Shown here: positions 9,800 to 19,382 of the stretch, in pieces
How the letters are laid out: every line of letters starts with the position of its first letter
How positions within the stretch are numbered: the first letter of the stretch is position 1
NCBI GenBank assembly: GCA_045606105.1
Contig: JAZURI010000003.1
Location: 167,124 to 231,123, forward strand
DNA from: Spirochaetia bacterium
GTDB taxonomy: Bacteria; Spirochaetota; Spirochaetia; CADAEX01
DNA: 64,000 nucleotides
Direction of reading: 5' to 3'
The notes under the pieces: model-generated
The model's database searches: none
The model's input: only the letters and a program-made list of their open reading frames with translations
Told to the model about the DNA's origin: nothing
Position numbers and translations under genes: made by a program

Positions 9800-11128
9800 A
9801 TGAGAAACGAAGCAAAAGGAATCGGACTTTTTTCCTGTGTAATGATCATTGCAGGAGGGATGGTGGGAAGCGCCATTTTTTCCCTTTCCGGCCTTACGAT
9901 ATACATGGCCGGGCCGGCTGCCCTGATTTCCTGGGTTATAGGGGGTCTTCTCATGCTTTTCTACGGTCTGGTATGTACCGAGCTTGCCCTTTATTATCCG
10001 AAATCGGGCGGTGTATTCGTGTTTCCCGCCATGGCTCTGGGAAAGGATGGCAGGAGAGGAATATTCTGGGGATGGGTCTCTACCTGGGGATACATTTATT
10101 CAAACATTGTTGCAGTTTCCTTTTCAGCCATGTATGTAGGTATTTATCTGAGCGCCGGCTTTGATATCGGCCGTGATATCCAGATTCCCGCCGCCCTGGC
10201 TGCCGTTCTCATCTGTACCCTTGTAAATATATTCAGGTTTTCCCTTACCTCAAGGATAGATGCCGTCATGGTTATTTTTCTGGTTCTGGCCCTTTCCGTA
10301 TATGTCATTTCCTGCTTTGCGGGGGGCGGCTGGGATCCGGACAGCCTTAAGCCTTTCTTCTCTCAGGGTGCCCTCGGAAAAAGCGGCTTCCTGGCGGCAA
10401 CACCTACAGCCATGATAGGCTACAGTGCGGTGGTGGCCATGGCATTCATGGTTTCCGAGGTACTTAATCCCGAAAGAAATATTGTCAGGGGCGTCTTCAT
10501 TGCCATGGCTCTGGTAATGGTTCTATACCTGTCTGTTATTGCCGCCACCGTGGGGCTGGTTTCCGCCTCCTACCTGGAAGAGAATCCCGGCATGAGGTTC
10601 ATCCCTCTCTATGCAGCCTGCTTTACCCGTCTCTCTGCCTATCCCTGGATGGCCAGGATAATTTCCCTTGCTGCCGTGCTGGCGCTGCTGACCACCACCA
10701 TTGCTGTTATGGCCCTTAACGGAAGGACAATCAGGGCAGCTGCTGAAAAGGGTCTTTTTCCCGGGGTTTTCGCAGGGGAAAGCAGCAGCGGTTCACCGGT
10801 GCTTCCTATATGCCTTTCATCGGCTCTTTCTGCCGTCATTGCCTGTTTTCCGGGGCTTGTAAGCTATATTGTCAGCTTCGGTGTACTTCTTACCACAGTT
10901 ACCGTATTCATAAACATCATATCCCTGATTGCTGCCAGAAAAATGGAGAAGGGACAGGGGAGGCATTGCTTTCTTCCCGGCGGGAACTGGGTTCCTATTG
11001 CCCTTATCCTGGTTCTCATGGGGTGCTATGTTCCCGAAATTATTTCAGGCGGATGGAAGGTCTGGGTTTTTACTGCTGTATGGTATGCGGTGGGAATTGT
11101 CATATATCTTGCAAAGAAAAGAAATTAA
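9800..11128 (+). CDS. APC family amino acid permease
   Basis: MVGSAIFSL, ELALYYPKSGG, about 12 hydrophobic segments. Confidence 0.9.
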   Translation: MRNEAKGIGLFSCVMIIAGGMVGSAIFSLSGLTIYMAGPAALISWVIGGLLMLFYGLVCTELALYYPKSGGVFVFPAMALGKDGRRGIFWGWVSTWGYIYSNIVAVSFSAMYVGIYLSAGFDIGRDIQIPAALAAVLICTLVNIFRFSLTSRIDAVMVIFLVLALSVYVISCFAGGGWDPDSLKPFFSQGALGKSGFLAATPTAMIGYSAVVAMAFMVSEVLNPERNIVRGVFIAMALVMVLYLSVIAATVGLVSASYLEENPGMRFIPLYAACFTRLSAYPWMARIISLAAVLALLTTTIAVMALNGRTIRAAAEKGLFPGVFAGESSSGSPVLPICLSSALSAVIACFPGLVSYIVSFGVLLTTVTVFINIISLIAARKMEKGQGRHCFLPGGNWVPIALILVLMGCYVPEIISGGWKVWVFTAVWYAVGIVIYLAKKRN

Positions 11129-11143
11129 TTGTACCATAAGGAC

Positions 11144-12475
11144 ATGGAAAAAAATATTACTGACCAGGGAAAAGGACAGATTCAGGTGCAGACAATCAGG
11201 GAAGTTTTCCAGTACATGCACCAGTTCAGAGGAAAATGCTTTGTTATCAAGATTGACTGCAGTATCGTAAGCAATCCGGACTTCACTCTTCTTGTACGGG
11301 ATATCGTGAAGCTTCAGGAGTCGGGAATCAGGATTGTACTCATTCCGGGCGCCAAGGAGCGTATTGACGAGGTTCTCTCCGATTACGGCTTTGCTCCTCA
11401 GTGGTCTGACGGAGTCCGCATTACAAGCTCCGATATCATGCCTTTTGTCAGAATGGCTGCATTTGATGTGGCTACCAGAATCATGACCAGCCTTTCGGCC
11501 TACGGATGCAAATCTGTTATAGGAAACTGGGTACGGGCCAGGGGAATAGGTGTGGTTGACGGTATTGATTTCCAGAGGACCGGTTTTGCCGAAAAGATTC
11601 TTACCCAGGATGTGCTTACCATTCTCGATGAAGGCTTTATTCCTATTCTTCCCTGTGTCGGATGGAGTACAGTGGGAAGACCTTATAATATTGCCTCCAA
11701 CGAGCTTGCGGTAATAACAGCCTCCAGACTCGGTGCGGACAAGCTTTTTTTCCTTACCTCCAGACCTAAGTTCATGGCAGAGGATTTTGTCCTTCCGGAA
11801 GGGGTTGTTCTTTCATCCGAAGGCCGGATAAGCAACTTCAGTCTGGCAGACATACAGCAGTTTTTCCGTCTCAACAAATATGATGAATCCCTGGAGCTCC
11901 TCGAAAAAGCAAAGAGAGCATGTGAAGCGGGAGTTCCCCGTGTACATATCCTTGAGGGATGCACCGACGGTGTTCTTCTTCAGGAAATATTCTCCAATCT
12001 CGGTTCCGGAACCATGGTATATTCCAACCAGTACAGCGGTATCCGTCCTATGAGATATGACGAGGTAGGGGATGTTCTCCGTGTCATGAAGCCTTTTGTC
12101 AAGAATGATATCCTTCTTCCCCGTACCGAGGAGATGATAGAGGAAACTCTCAATGATTATATCGTTTTCGAAATAGACGGTGCGGTACATGCTGCCTGTG
12201 CTCTCCATGTTTTCCCTGACGGAGCGGGAGAAATTGCAGGTATAGCGGTGGATGAAAACTATTCCCATCTCGGTGTCGGACCGAAAATGGTGGAATATCT
12301 TGTGGAAAGGGCCAGAAAAATGGGTCTGAAAAGGGTTTTCGTCCTGACCACCAGAACTGCCGACTGGTTCCTCAGCCACGGCTTTGAGGAAGGGGTGGTT
12401 TCCGAGCTGCCGGAAAAAAAACAGACTGCATACAACTATCTCAGGAACAGCAGGATATTTATCAGAAATATCTGA
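11144..12475 (+). CDS. argA: Amino-acid N-acetyltransferase (N-acetylglutamate synthase, AAK+GNAT)
   Basis: GVVDGIDFQRTG, GVPRVHI, LLQEIFS.LGSGTM; GNAT domain with FVLTTRTADWF and RNSRI. Confidence 0.92.
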   Translation: MEKNITDQGKGQIQVQTIREVFQYMHQFRGKCFVIKIDCSIVSNPDFTLLVRDIVKLQESGIRIVLIPGAKERIDEVLSDYGFAPQWSDGVRITSSDIMPFVRMAAFDVATRIMTSLSAYGCKSVIGNWVRARGIGVVDGIDFQRTGFAEKILTQDVLTILDEGFIPILPCVGWSTVGRPYNIASNELAVITASRLGADKLFFLTSRPKFMAEDFVLPEGVVLSSEGRISNFSLADIQQFFRLNKYDESLELLEKAKRACEAGVPRVHILEGCTDGVLLQEIFSNLGSGTMVYSNQYSGIRPMRYDEVGDVLRVMKPFVKNDILLPRTEEMIEETLNDYIVFEIDGAVHAACALHVFPDGAGEIAGIAVDENYSHLGVGPKMVEYLVERARKMGLKRVFVLTTRTADWFLSHGFEEGVVSELPEKKQTAYNYLRNSRIFIRNI

Positions 12476-12517
12476 CATTTTTATTGTTTTTTAAATATTT
12501 GGTGATATATTTTATAT

Positions 12518-14017
12518 ATGAATATCATTGTCAAGCTGAAGGAAACCTGTATATCTGTCATCCCTATAATGATTATAGTGGTGCTTCTCAACTTCACGAT
12601 TGCTCCGCTGGGAGCGGAGTCTTTAATCAGATTCCTTTCCGGAGGAGTTCTTGTTATTATCGGACTTACCCTTTTTCTTGTCGGTGCAGATATCGGTATC
12701 ATTCCTATCGGTCAGAAGGTGGGTGCAGCCCTTACCGCAAAAAGAAATCTTCTTATCCTTATGACCGTCTCCTTTGCCATCGGTTTCTTCATAACCGTTG
12801 CAGAGCCTGATATCCAGGTTCTGGCGGCCCAGATAGTAGGTGTCAATCCTGCTGTACCAAAAACACCTCTCATATTCATGATAGCTTGCGGAGTAGGATT
12901 TTTCATTGTAGTCGGTCTCCTGAGAATAGTATTCAATATTTCGTACCATTGGCTCCTTATTCTTTTCTATGCCATAGTCTTTACTTTTGCTTTCTATACC
13001 GATCCCGATTTTCTCGGAGTAGCCTTTGATTCCGGCGGTGCAACCACAGGCCCTATGACAGTGCCTCTTATCATTGCTCTCGGAGTGGGTGTGGCCTCCT
13101 CAAAAGGGGGCGGTGTAATGAACCGTGACAGCAGCTTCGGTCTTACGGGAATGGCTTCAATAGGACCTGTTCTTGCTGTCCTTATTCTTGGTCTTATCTG
13201 TTCCGGATCCGGAGCCGTACCCGGCGCGGCGGATATTGCTGCAGACGGAGAAACCCAAGGTTTTATCTCCCTGCTTCCCCATGTCATAAAGAATATGGCT
13301 GCTGCTCTCATGCCCCTTGCCGTCATGTTTGCCTTTTTCCAGATATTTCTTATCCATATGCCTCCTCACCAGGTGAGAAGGATGATCAAGGGACTTGTCT
13401 ATACCTTTGTGGGGCTGGTTTTCTTCATGACCGGAGTTGAAGGGGGCTTCATGCCTGTAGGCTCAATGATCGGAGGTATCATCGGTTCACTCCCTTATAA
13501 CTTTATCCTTATCCCCATCGGACTTGTACTGGGGGCTGTGGTAGTATGTGCAGAACCTGCCGTATGGGTTCTCAACGAGCAGATAGAGGAGATTTCGGGA
13601 GGCCATATCAGGAAACGTCTTATGCTTGTTTCCCTTTCTGTGGGTATTTCCATTTCAATCGGAATTGCAATGCTCAGGGTGATTACCGGACTCAGTATCT
13701 GGTATTTTCTGATTCCCGGATATGCGGCTGCCCTTATCCTGACCTTCTTTACCCCTAAGCTTTTTACCGCCATTGCCTTTGATTCGGGAGGAGTTGCATC
13801 AGGTCCCATGACCTCCACCTTTATCCTTTCGTTTACACTGGGCGCTTCTTCCGCAGCGGGAGGAAATCCCATAACTGACGCATTCGGTGTTATTGCCATG
13901 GTTGCAATGACCCCTCTTATAACCATCCAGCTTCTCGGACTCCTTTTCGGAATGAAGGAAAAAGAGGTTCTCGGACAGAAAGTAACAGATGAGGGAGTAA
14001 CAGATGGAAAAATGTAA
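12518..14017 (+). CDS. DUF1538 membrane protein (two internal repeats)
   Basis: Duplicated AEP / AFDSGG..GPMT / FG motifs. Confidence 0.9.
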   Translation: MNIIVKLKETCISVIPIMIIVVLLNFTIAPLGAESLIRFLSGGVLVIIGLTLFLVGADIGIIPIGQKVGAALTAKRNLLILMTVSFAIGFFITVAEPDIQVLAAQIVGVNPAVPKTPLIFMIACGVGFFIVVGLLRIVFNISYHWLLILFYAIVFTFAFYTDPDFLGVAFDSGGATTGPMTVPLIIALGVGVASSKGGGVMNRDSSFGLTGMASIGPVLAVLILGLICSGSGAVPGAADIAADGETQGFISLLPHVIKNMAAALMPLAVMFAFFQIFLIHMPPHQVRRMIKGLVYTFVGLVFFMTGVEGGFMPVGSMIGGIIGSLPYNFILIPIGLVLGAVVVCAEPAVWVLNEQIEEISGGHIRKRLMLVSLSVGISISIGIAMLRVITGLSIWYFLIPGYAAALILTFFTPKLFTAIAFDSGGVASGPMTSTFILSFTLGASSAAGGNPITDAFGVIAMVAMTPLITIQLLGLLFGMKEKEVLGQKVTDEGVTDGKM

Positions 14018-14699
14018 TATTGCAGGATACGACAGGCTGATCATTTCCGTTGTCTCCAGGAACTCCGGTGAAAAACTGGTCGAAGCAGCCAGGAATGCCG
14101 GTGCAAAAGGGGCAACTATTGTGCAGTGCAGGTGCAGCTCGGATAATGCTCTTCTGCAGTTTCTCGGAATTGATGAAAGCGACAATGACATGGTTCTTAT
14201 TCTGGTGGACAGCAGCAGCTTTGATACAATTTTTTCAGCAGTTCTTAATTATTCGGAGGAGCACAGGCTTTCAGGCTTTTCGGTTGTTCAGAGGCTTTCC
14301 TCTGTAATGAAATGTATTGTATCGGAAACAGGAAGCAGGGTGGAAAATATTGAAACAGGAGCAGAAAAAATGGAAAACAGACCTTCTCATGAGATGATAA
14401 CCGTAATAGTGAATTCAGGCTATGCCGAGGATGTCATGGCTGCGGCCCGCAAGGCGGGAGCCAAGGGGGGAACCATTCTCAATGCCAGGGGAACCGGAAA
14501 GGAGGAGGATGTTAAATTTTTCGGTATTTCCATAGTACCTGAAAAGGAGGTGCTCCTTCTGGTTACCGAAAAGGAAAAATCGGCGGAAATTATCGGATCC
14601 ATAAAGGACCTGGTCTGTTTCTCCACTCCGGGAAGCGGAATATGCTTTACCTCCGATGTTGAAAACTTTACAGTTCTCGGAAAGAACCGGAACAAATAA
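14004..14699 (+). CDS. Tandem PII-like (GlnB superfamily) protein
   Basis: Two copies of the AARxAGAKGxT motif; the second domain has ARGTG, PEKE and GSGICF. Confidence 0.85.
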   Translation: MEKCNIAGYDRLIISVVSRNSGEKLVEAARNAGAKGATIVQCRCSSDNALLQFLGIDESDNDMVLILVDSSSFDTIFSAVLNYSEEHRLSGFSVVQRLSSVMKCIVSETGSRVENIETGAEKMENRPSHEMITVIVNSGYAEDVMAAARKAGAKGGTILNARGTGKEEDVKFFGISIVPEKEVLLLVTEKEKSAEIIGSIKDLVCFSTPGSGICFTSDVENFTVLGKNRNK

Positions 14700-14712
14700 A
14701 CAGGGTGGGGAT

Positions 14713-15567
14713 ATGGAAAAAAAAGCAGGCAAAGTACTTCTGATCTGTAATTACAAGAGACACGGCGTCAGGGAAATTGCCGACGAGATGTGTTCATATC
14801 TTTTATCCAACGGCTATGAGGCGGTGGCCATGAGCAACTGTCAGCTGGATGACTTTACCGTGGATACGGAATATTCTCTTTTCATAGTTCTGGGGGGAGA
14901 CGGAACCGTTCTTTCCACAGCCCACAAGGTGGCCAGGGAAGATGCCCCGATTCTTGCAGTGAACTTCGGCACCATCGGATTCATGATGGAGGTGGAGAAG
15001 GAGGACTGGAAAAAGGCCCTGGACAGCTTCATTGACGGCAGCTATACATGCGAAAAGCACATGATGCTGGATGTTACCGTCATGAGAGGGGATAATGTAA
15101 TCGATAAATCCACCGTCCTCAATGAAGGGGTCATAAACTGTCCCGACTGTAAGCTCATGAAGCTTTCTGTAACATTGGGAAAGGATGTTCTGGGATATTA
15201 TATGGCAGACGGGCTTATCATAGCCACAAGCACAGGCTCCACAGCCTATTCCTCCTCTGCGGGAGGCCCTATAGTCTCACCGGAGCTGGAAACCGTCATT
15301 CTTACCCCTATATGTCCTTATTCCTATATTGTAAGGCCTGTGGTGGTATCTCCTGACAACAGGATAACTGTAAGCATGGAGAGCAGGAGCAATTCCCGTA
15401 TCATGCTGGTTCTGGACGGACAGCGAAAGATCCTTCTTCAGGGAGACGAGACAGTGGTATTTGAAAAAAGCAGCTGTCAGGTGAAAATTATCACCATTCC
15501 CGGCAGTGATGAGCTTTTCTATGAAAAGCTTCAGGCCAGAATGTGTCTTCAGGGAGCCGAGGAATGA
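14713..15567 (+). CDS. nadK: NAD(+) kinase
   Basis: LGGDGTVL, NE, DGLIIATSTGSTAYSSSAGGP. Confidence 0.95.
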   Translation: MEKKAGKVLLICNYKRHGVREIADEMCSYLLSNGYEAVAMSNCQLDDFTVDTEYSLFIVLGGDGTVLSTAHKVAREDAPILAVNFGTIGFMMEVEKEDWKKALDSFIDGSYTCEKHMMLDVTVMRGDNVIDKSTVLNEGVINCPDCKLMKLSVTLGKDVLGYYMADGLIIATSTGSTAYSSSAGGPIVSPELETVILTPICPYSYIVRPVVVSPDNRITVSMESRSNSRIMLVLDGQRKILLQGDETVVFEKSSCQVKIITIPGSDELFYEKLQARMCLQGAEE

Positions 15568-17222
15568 TTGACGAAATAAATATCAGGAATTTCGCACTGG
15601 TAGAAAAGGCTACCCTCAGCTTCGGAGAGGGCTTTAATGTCATTACCGGAGAAACCGGTGCCGGAAAATCGCTTATGGCAGCCTCCCTTTCACTTCTCAG
15701 AGGGGGAAAGGGTGAAGCCGGAATGGTCAGGAACGGAACCGAGGAATGTGAGATTTCGGGATATTTCTATACAGAAAACAGGGAGGCTCTGAGCTGGCTT
15801 TCAGAGCGTGGAATAGAGCCCGACGAAGGAGCTGTCCTTATCAGGCGTACCGTGAAAAAAAGCGGCCGTGGCTCCATTCAGATTCAGGGACACAGTGTTA
15901 CAAGGGATGAGCTTGCAGCCTTTACCGGCATTATCTTCGATGCCCACGGCCAGCATGAGCAGTATACCCTGGTAAACAGCCAGCATCAGCTGAAAATGGT
16001 GGACAGCTGTGCAGATATCGGTTCTGAGCTCTCTGAAATGAAAGCTGCCTTTGACCGATATTCAAATCTCAGAAGGGAGCTGGAGGCCCTTGATTCCTCC
16101 TCCATGAGCCGGGAACGGGAGGCCGATATTCTTGCCTATGCCGTAAAGGAGATAAAGGATGCAGGCTTCAGCGACGGTGACGAGGAGGAGCTTGAAAGAA
16201 AGCAGAAGGTGCTGTCGGGGCACGACCGGTTATGCAATCTTCTGAAAGAGGTTTCAGATGCCTTCGGAGCCGGAGGTCTTTCCTCCCTGAGAACTGCCCG
16301 CATTTCACTGGAGCAGTGCGGCGATATTGATCCTGATCTTGCCGGTTATGCAAAAAGAACCGAGGAGCTCTGTTACGAGGCAGAGGATATTGCAGAAGGA
16401 ATAAGGGATTATATTTCCGGGATGTCCTATTCTCCTGAAGAGCTTGAGCTCTGCCAGGAAAGACTGTGGCTTCTCGGTCGGCTGAAGAAAAAATACGGAA
16501 AAAGCATAAAGGAGATTCTGGATTATGCGGCAGAAGCAGAGGCCAGATATCAGCTCCTTTCAAACTATACCGAAAACCGCGAGAAGCTGGTTCAGGATAC
16601 CGAACAGGCAGGTGAGGCTGTACGTAAGCTTGCAGCCCTGATTTCCGAAAAAAGAAAGAAATGTGCCGCTGTACTGGAAAAAAATATCGAAGGAATCCTC
16701 CGGGAGCTTGGTATGCCCAAGTCCTCATTCCGCATTTCCGTGGAGCAGGGGGCTGAAATCACATCATCCGGCAGCGATATCGTAAGCTTTCTCATATCAC
16801 CTAACCAGGGAGAACCTCTCCGGCCTGTTTCCCAGGCTGTTTCGGGAGGGGAGCTTTCCCGTATCATGCTGGCTGTAAAGAGCGCTTTTTCAGGCTCGGA
16901 TCCTGTGGAAAGCATGCTTTTTGATGAGATTGATGCAGGAATCGGCGGAGAGGTTGCGGTGCAGCTGGGAAAATATCTTTCCGGACTTTCAGTGAAGAAG
17001 CAGGTTATATGCATAACACATCTTGCCTCCATAGCGGTAAAGGGAGACAATCATATCAGGGTTGTAAAGAAGGTATCGGGAGAAAGGACCTGTTCCGAGG
17101 CTGCTGTCATTACCGGCGAGGATAGGGTGAACGAGATAGCAAGAATGCTTTCAGGTACGGAAAGCACCATTTCTGCAGCCCACGCAAGAACCCTTCTGGA
17201 AGAGAATTCTAGAACTCGTTGA
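15564..17222 (+). CDS. recN: DNA repair protein RecN
   Basis: TGETGAGKS, HGQHEQ, SGGELSRIML, FDEIDAGIGG, ITHL. Confidence 0.96.
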   Translation: MIDEINIRNFALVEKATLSFGEGFNVITGETGAGKSLMAASLSLLRGGKGEAGMVRNGTEECEISGYFYTENREALSWLSERGIEPDEGAVLIRRTVKKSGRGSIQIQGHSVTRDELAAFTGIIFDAHGQHEQYTLVNSQHQLKMVDSCADIGSELSEMKAAFDRYSNLRRELEALDSSSMSREREADILAYAVKEIKDAGFSDGDEEELERKQKVLSGHDRLCNLLKEVSDAFGAGGLSSLRTARISLEQCGDIDPDLAGYAKRTEELCYEAEDIAEGIRDYISGMSYSPEELELCQERLWLLGRLKKKYGKSIKEILDYAAEAEARYQLLSNYTENREKLVQDTEQAGEAVRKLAALISEKRKKCAAVLEKNIEGILRELGMPKSSFRISVEQGAEITSSGSDIVSFLISPNQGEPLRPVSQAVSGGELSRIMLAVKSAFSGSDPVESMLFDEIDAGIGGEVAVQLGKYLSGLSVKKQVICITHLASIAVKGDNHIRVVKKVSGERTCSEAAVITGEDRVNEIARMLSGTESTISAAHARTLLEENSRTR

Positions 17223-17802
17223 TAAAGTTTTCGGCAAATTTAAAGATATACCACTCAATGTTCTTCTTGTAGAGACGAAGGGAAAAGAAGGCTCTTGCCA
17301 GTCCCTTCAGTCTGCATTTTCCCGTATACAGGATAAGGTCATCCTCCAGGGACAGGGTGTATACCAGATTCTCCAGGAACTTATTGCTCTTGTGGGTCTT
17401 GTCCGCCTCAAGCTTGATTCCCTTTATTTTTCCCGATTCATCATATTCTATTTCCTTGATCAGGAAAGGCAGTGTATATTCCTTGTGCTTCAGGAAGAAT
17501 ATATTGAATGAAAAACTTACCTTGAAGGTTTTTTCCTCCGGGTAATAGCGGAGATCGTTCAGTGTGCAGGTAAGCTTCCTTGCTTCGGGATCATCCTTCC
17601 GGAGACCTTCCAGAAGCCAGTTTTCATAATCCTCGAAATCTGCCATTATCTCCCTGGCTCTCTCCCTGTTGCCGTGAAATTCCACAAAGCCTACGGTGGT
17701 GTATCCCTCATTCTCGCTGTAGGTGGTAAGGGGCCCGGTAATATCAGCCTGAAGCAGGGCAGAGACAAACAGGAATGTTATCAGGAAAAATTTTTTAGGC
17801 AT
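17209..17802 (-). CDS. Exported hypothetical protein (possible START/SRPBCC-like fold)
   Basis: Signal-peptide-like N-terminus; IMADFEDYENW segment; start overlaps the stop of the upstream gene. Confidence 0.6.
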   Translation of the reverse strand: MPKKFFLITFLFVSALLQADITGPLTTYSENEGYTTVGFVEFHGNRERAREIMADFEDYENWLLEGLRKDDPEARKLTCTLNDLRYYPEEKTFKVSFSFNIFFLKHKEYTLPFLIKEIEYDESGKIKGIKLEADKTHKSNKFLENLVYTLSLEDDLILYTGKCRLKGLARAFFSLRLYKKNIEWYIFKFAENFINEF

Positions 17803-18410
17803 CAGGAAAGAAGCTTGCTCCTTATTTCCTCCCTTATTTCTTCAAGAACCCTTTCATACTGATCCAGCAGCTCCTTTCCGGCCTTTCTCAGAGCTTTCTG
17901 GAAATCGGGGTCGCTTTCGGGATTTATTTCCACTTCCATTCCCAGCTTTTCGGCAACAGCAGCCCTTTTTTCCATGAGCTGGGGCTCTATCTGTTTTTTA
18001 AGAGCCTCCTTCAGCTCCTCCTTGTTGCTTTTGTACTGGTTGAAGAAGCTTCCTATCTGGTCGAAGATTTCCTGCAGATACGGGGCAAAATCCCTGTCAC
18101 CTGCACAGAGCATTCCCAGCTCTCCGATTCTGCCGATTCTTTCGGTGCTGTAATCGCTGCTTTCCGGCATAACCAGATTTGCGGTAATTACCTTGACAAT
18201 TCCTTCTGTATATCTGTTTCCGTCGGCAGTCTGGTACTTTTTTACCATCACTCCGATCTCTTCAAGGGATATTCCATCCTGTTCGATATATCTGAAGGCA
18301 GCCTTTCTTCCTTCATCCGTTATATTCTTGTCCGTTACTCTGGATTTTTCAGCCCGGATGTCGCTTACCCTTTCCAGAGCCTTTTCCAGTGCAGATTTTA
18401 TTTCTCCCAT
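17802..18410 (-). CDS. Conserved hypothetical protein (DUF6657-like)
   Basis: N-terminus MGEIKSALEKALE and C-terminal PESDPDFQK, recalled from spirochaete proteins; RBS GGAG. Confidence 0.7.
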   Translation of the reverse strand: MGEIKSALEKALERVSDIRAEKSRVTDKNITDEGRKAAFRYIEQDGISLEEIGVMVKKYQTADGNRYTEGIVKVITANLVMPESSDYSTERIGRIGELGMLCAGDRDFAPYLQEIFDQIGSFFNQYKSNKEELKEALKKQIEPQLMEKRAAVAEKLGMEVEINPESDPDFQKALRKAGKELLDQYERVLEEIREEIRSKLLS

Positions 18411-18419
18411 TTTTCTCTC

Positions 18420-19268
18420 CTATACCGCTTTGATCAGGAACAGTCCTGCGGTAATAAGCAATATTCCCGATATTTTATAAAAAGAAATTTTTTCCTTGAG
18501 AAAGACAAAGCCCAGGACAGATGCGATAACCACCGAGAATTCCCTGAGGGCTACAATATAGCTGGCCTGATCCGAAAGACTGAATGCAAAAAGGATGATC
18601 AGGTAAGTTCCCAGGGAGCCCAGGCCGATTATGGGGCCGTATTTCAGATGCTCCAGATTTTCTGCAATTGCAGCCCTGAAGCCTTTTCTGAATGCAAAAG
18701 GGGTAACCATGAGAAGTGAAATGGTGCTCATGAGGTTAAGTACGACTATAGGATGATTGTATAAGGAGCTTCTGCTGTCTGCCAGGGAATATCCGGCAAC
18801 TGCTAAACCCGTAAGTATGGCATAGATATAGCATTCAAGATTCTTTTTGGAGAAGCCTGAGGAAAAGCCCATGATAAGTATTCCTGAAACAATGGTCAGG
18901 ATTCCGGCCAGACCGTAGCCTGATACCTGCTCGTGGAGAAAGGCTATGGAAACAAAGGCGGCGGCTCCGACACCTGTTCCCCTGGAAATAGGATATGCGG
19001 TTGATATATCACCGAACTTGTATGAATCGAAAAGGGTAAGATAATAGAATGCATGGAAAAAGCAGGAGATAAATATCGGGATAAAGCCTTCGGGATTGAT
19101 CCCCTCCCGGAAAATCAGTACTGCCGTAACCGGAAAAAGGACAATGTTTATGCTCATGGAACCGAGCCAGTATACTGTAAGGTTTCCTTTGATTTTTTTT
19201 GAACAGAAGTTCCAGCCGGCATGGGTAAACGCCGCCATTATCACCAAAATAAATACCAGTGTAGTCAT
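18420..19268 (-). CDS. EamA/DMT family transporter
   Basis: About 10 TM segments; HAGWN, GDISTAYPISRG, ALREFSVV..FLKE. Confidence 0.9.
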   Translation of the reverse strand: MTTLVFILVIMAAFTHAGWNFCSKKIKGNLTVYWLGSMSINIVLFPVTAVLIFREGINPEGFIPIFISCFFHAFYYLTLFDSYKFGDISTAYPISRGTGVGAAAFVSIAFLHEQVSGYGLAGILTIVSGILIMGFSSGFSKKNLECYIYAILTGLAVAGYSLADSRSSLYNHPIVVLNLMSTISLLMVTPFAFRKGFRAAIAENLEHLKYGPIIGLGSLGTYLIILFAFSLSDQASYIVALREFSVVIASVLGFVFLKEKISFYKISGILLITAGLFLIKAV

Positions 19269-19382
19269 TTTAACAATCCCCTGTCCTTAAAATATTACTC
19301 CAAACCTTCTTCGGTGTAAAGGCAATATTGCAAAATATAGGATTTGGGAGTATTCTGTAAATTGGGAAAATACAGGTGTAAA

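Noticed and set aside
19322-19331. Palindrome GCAATATTGC upstream of uvrA as an SOS box
   Set aside because: It overlaps the probable -35 (TTGCAA) and is not repeated as a palindrome before the Y-family polymerase or recN.
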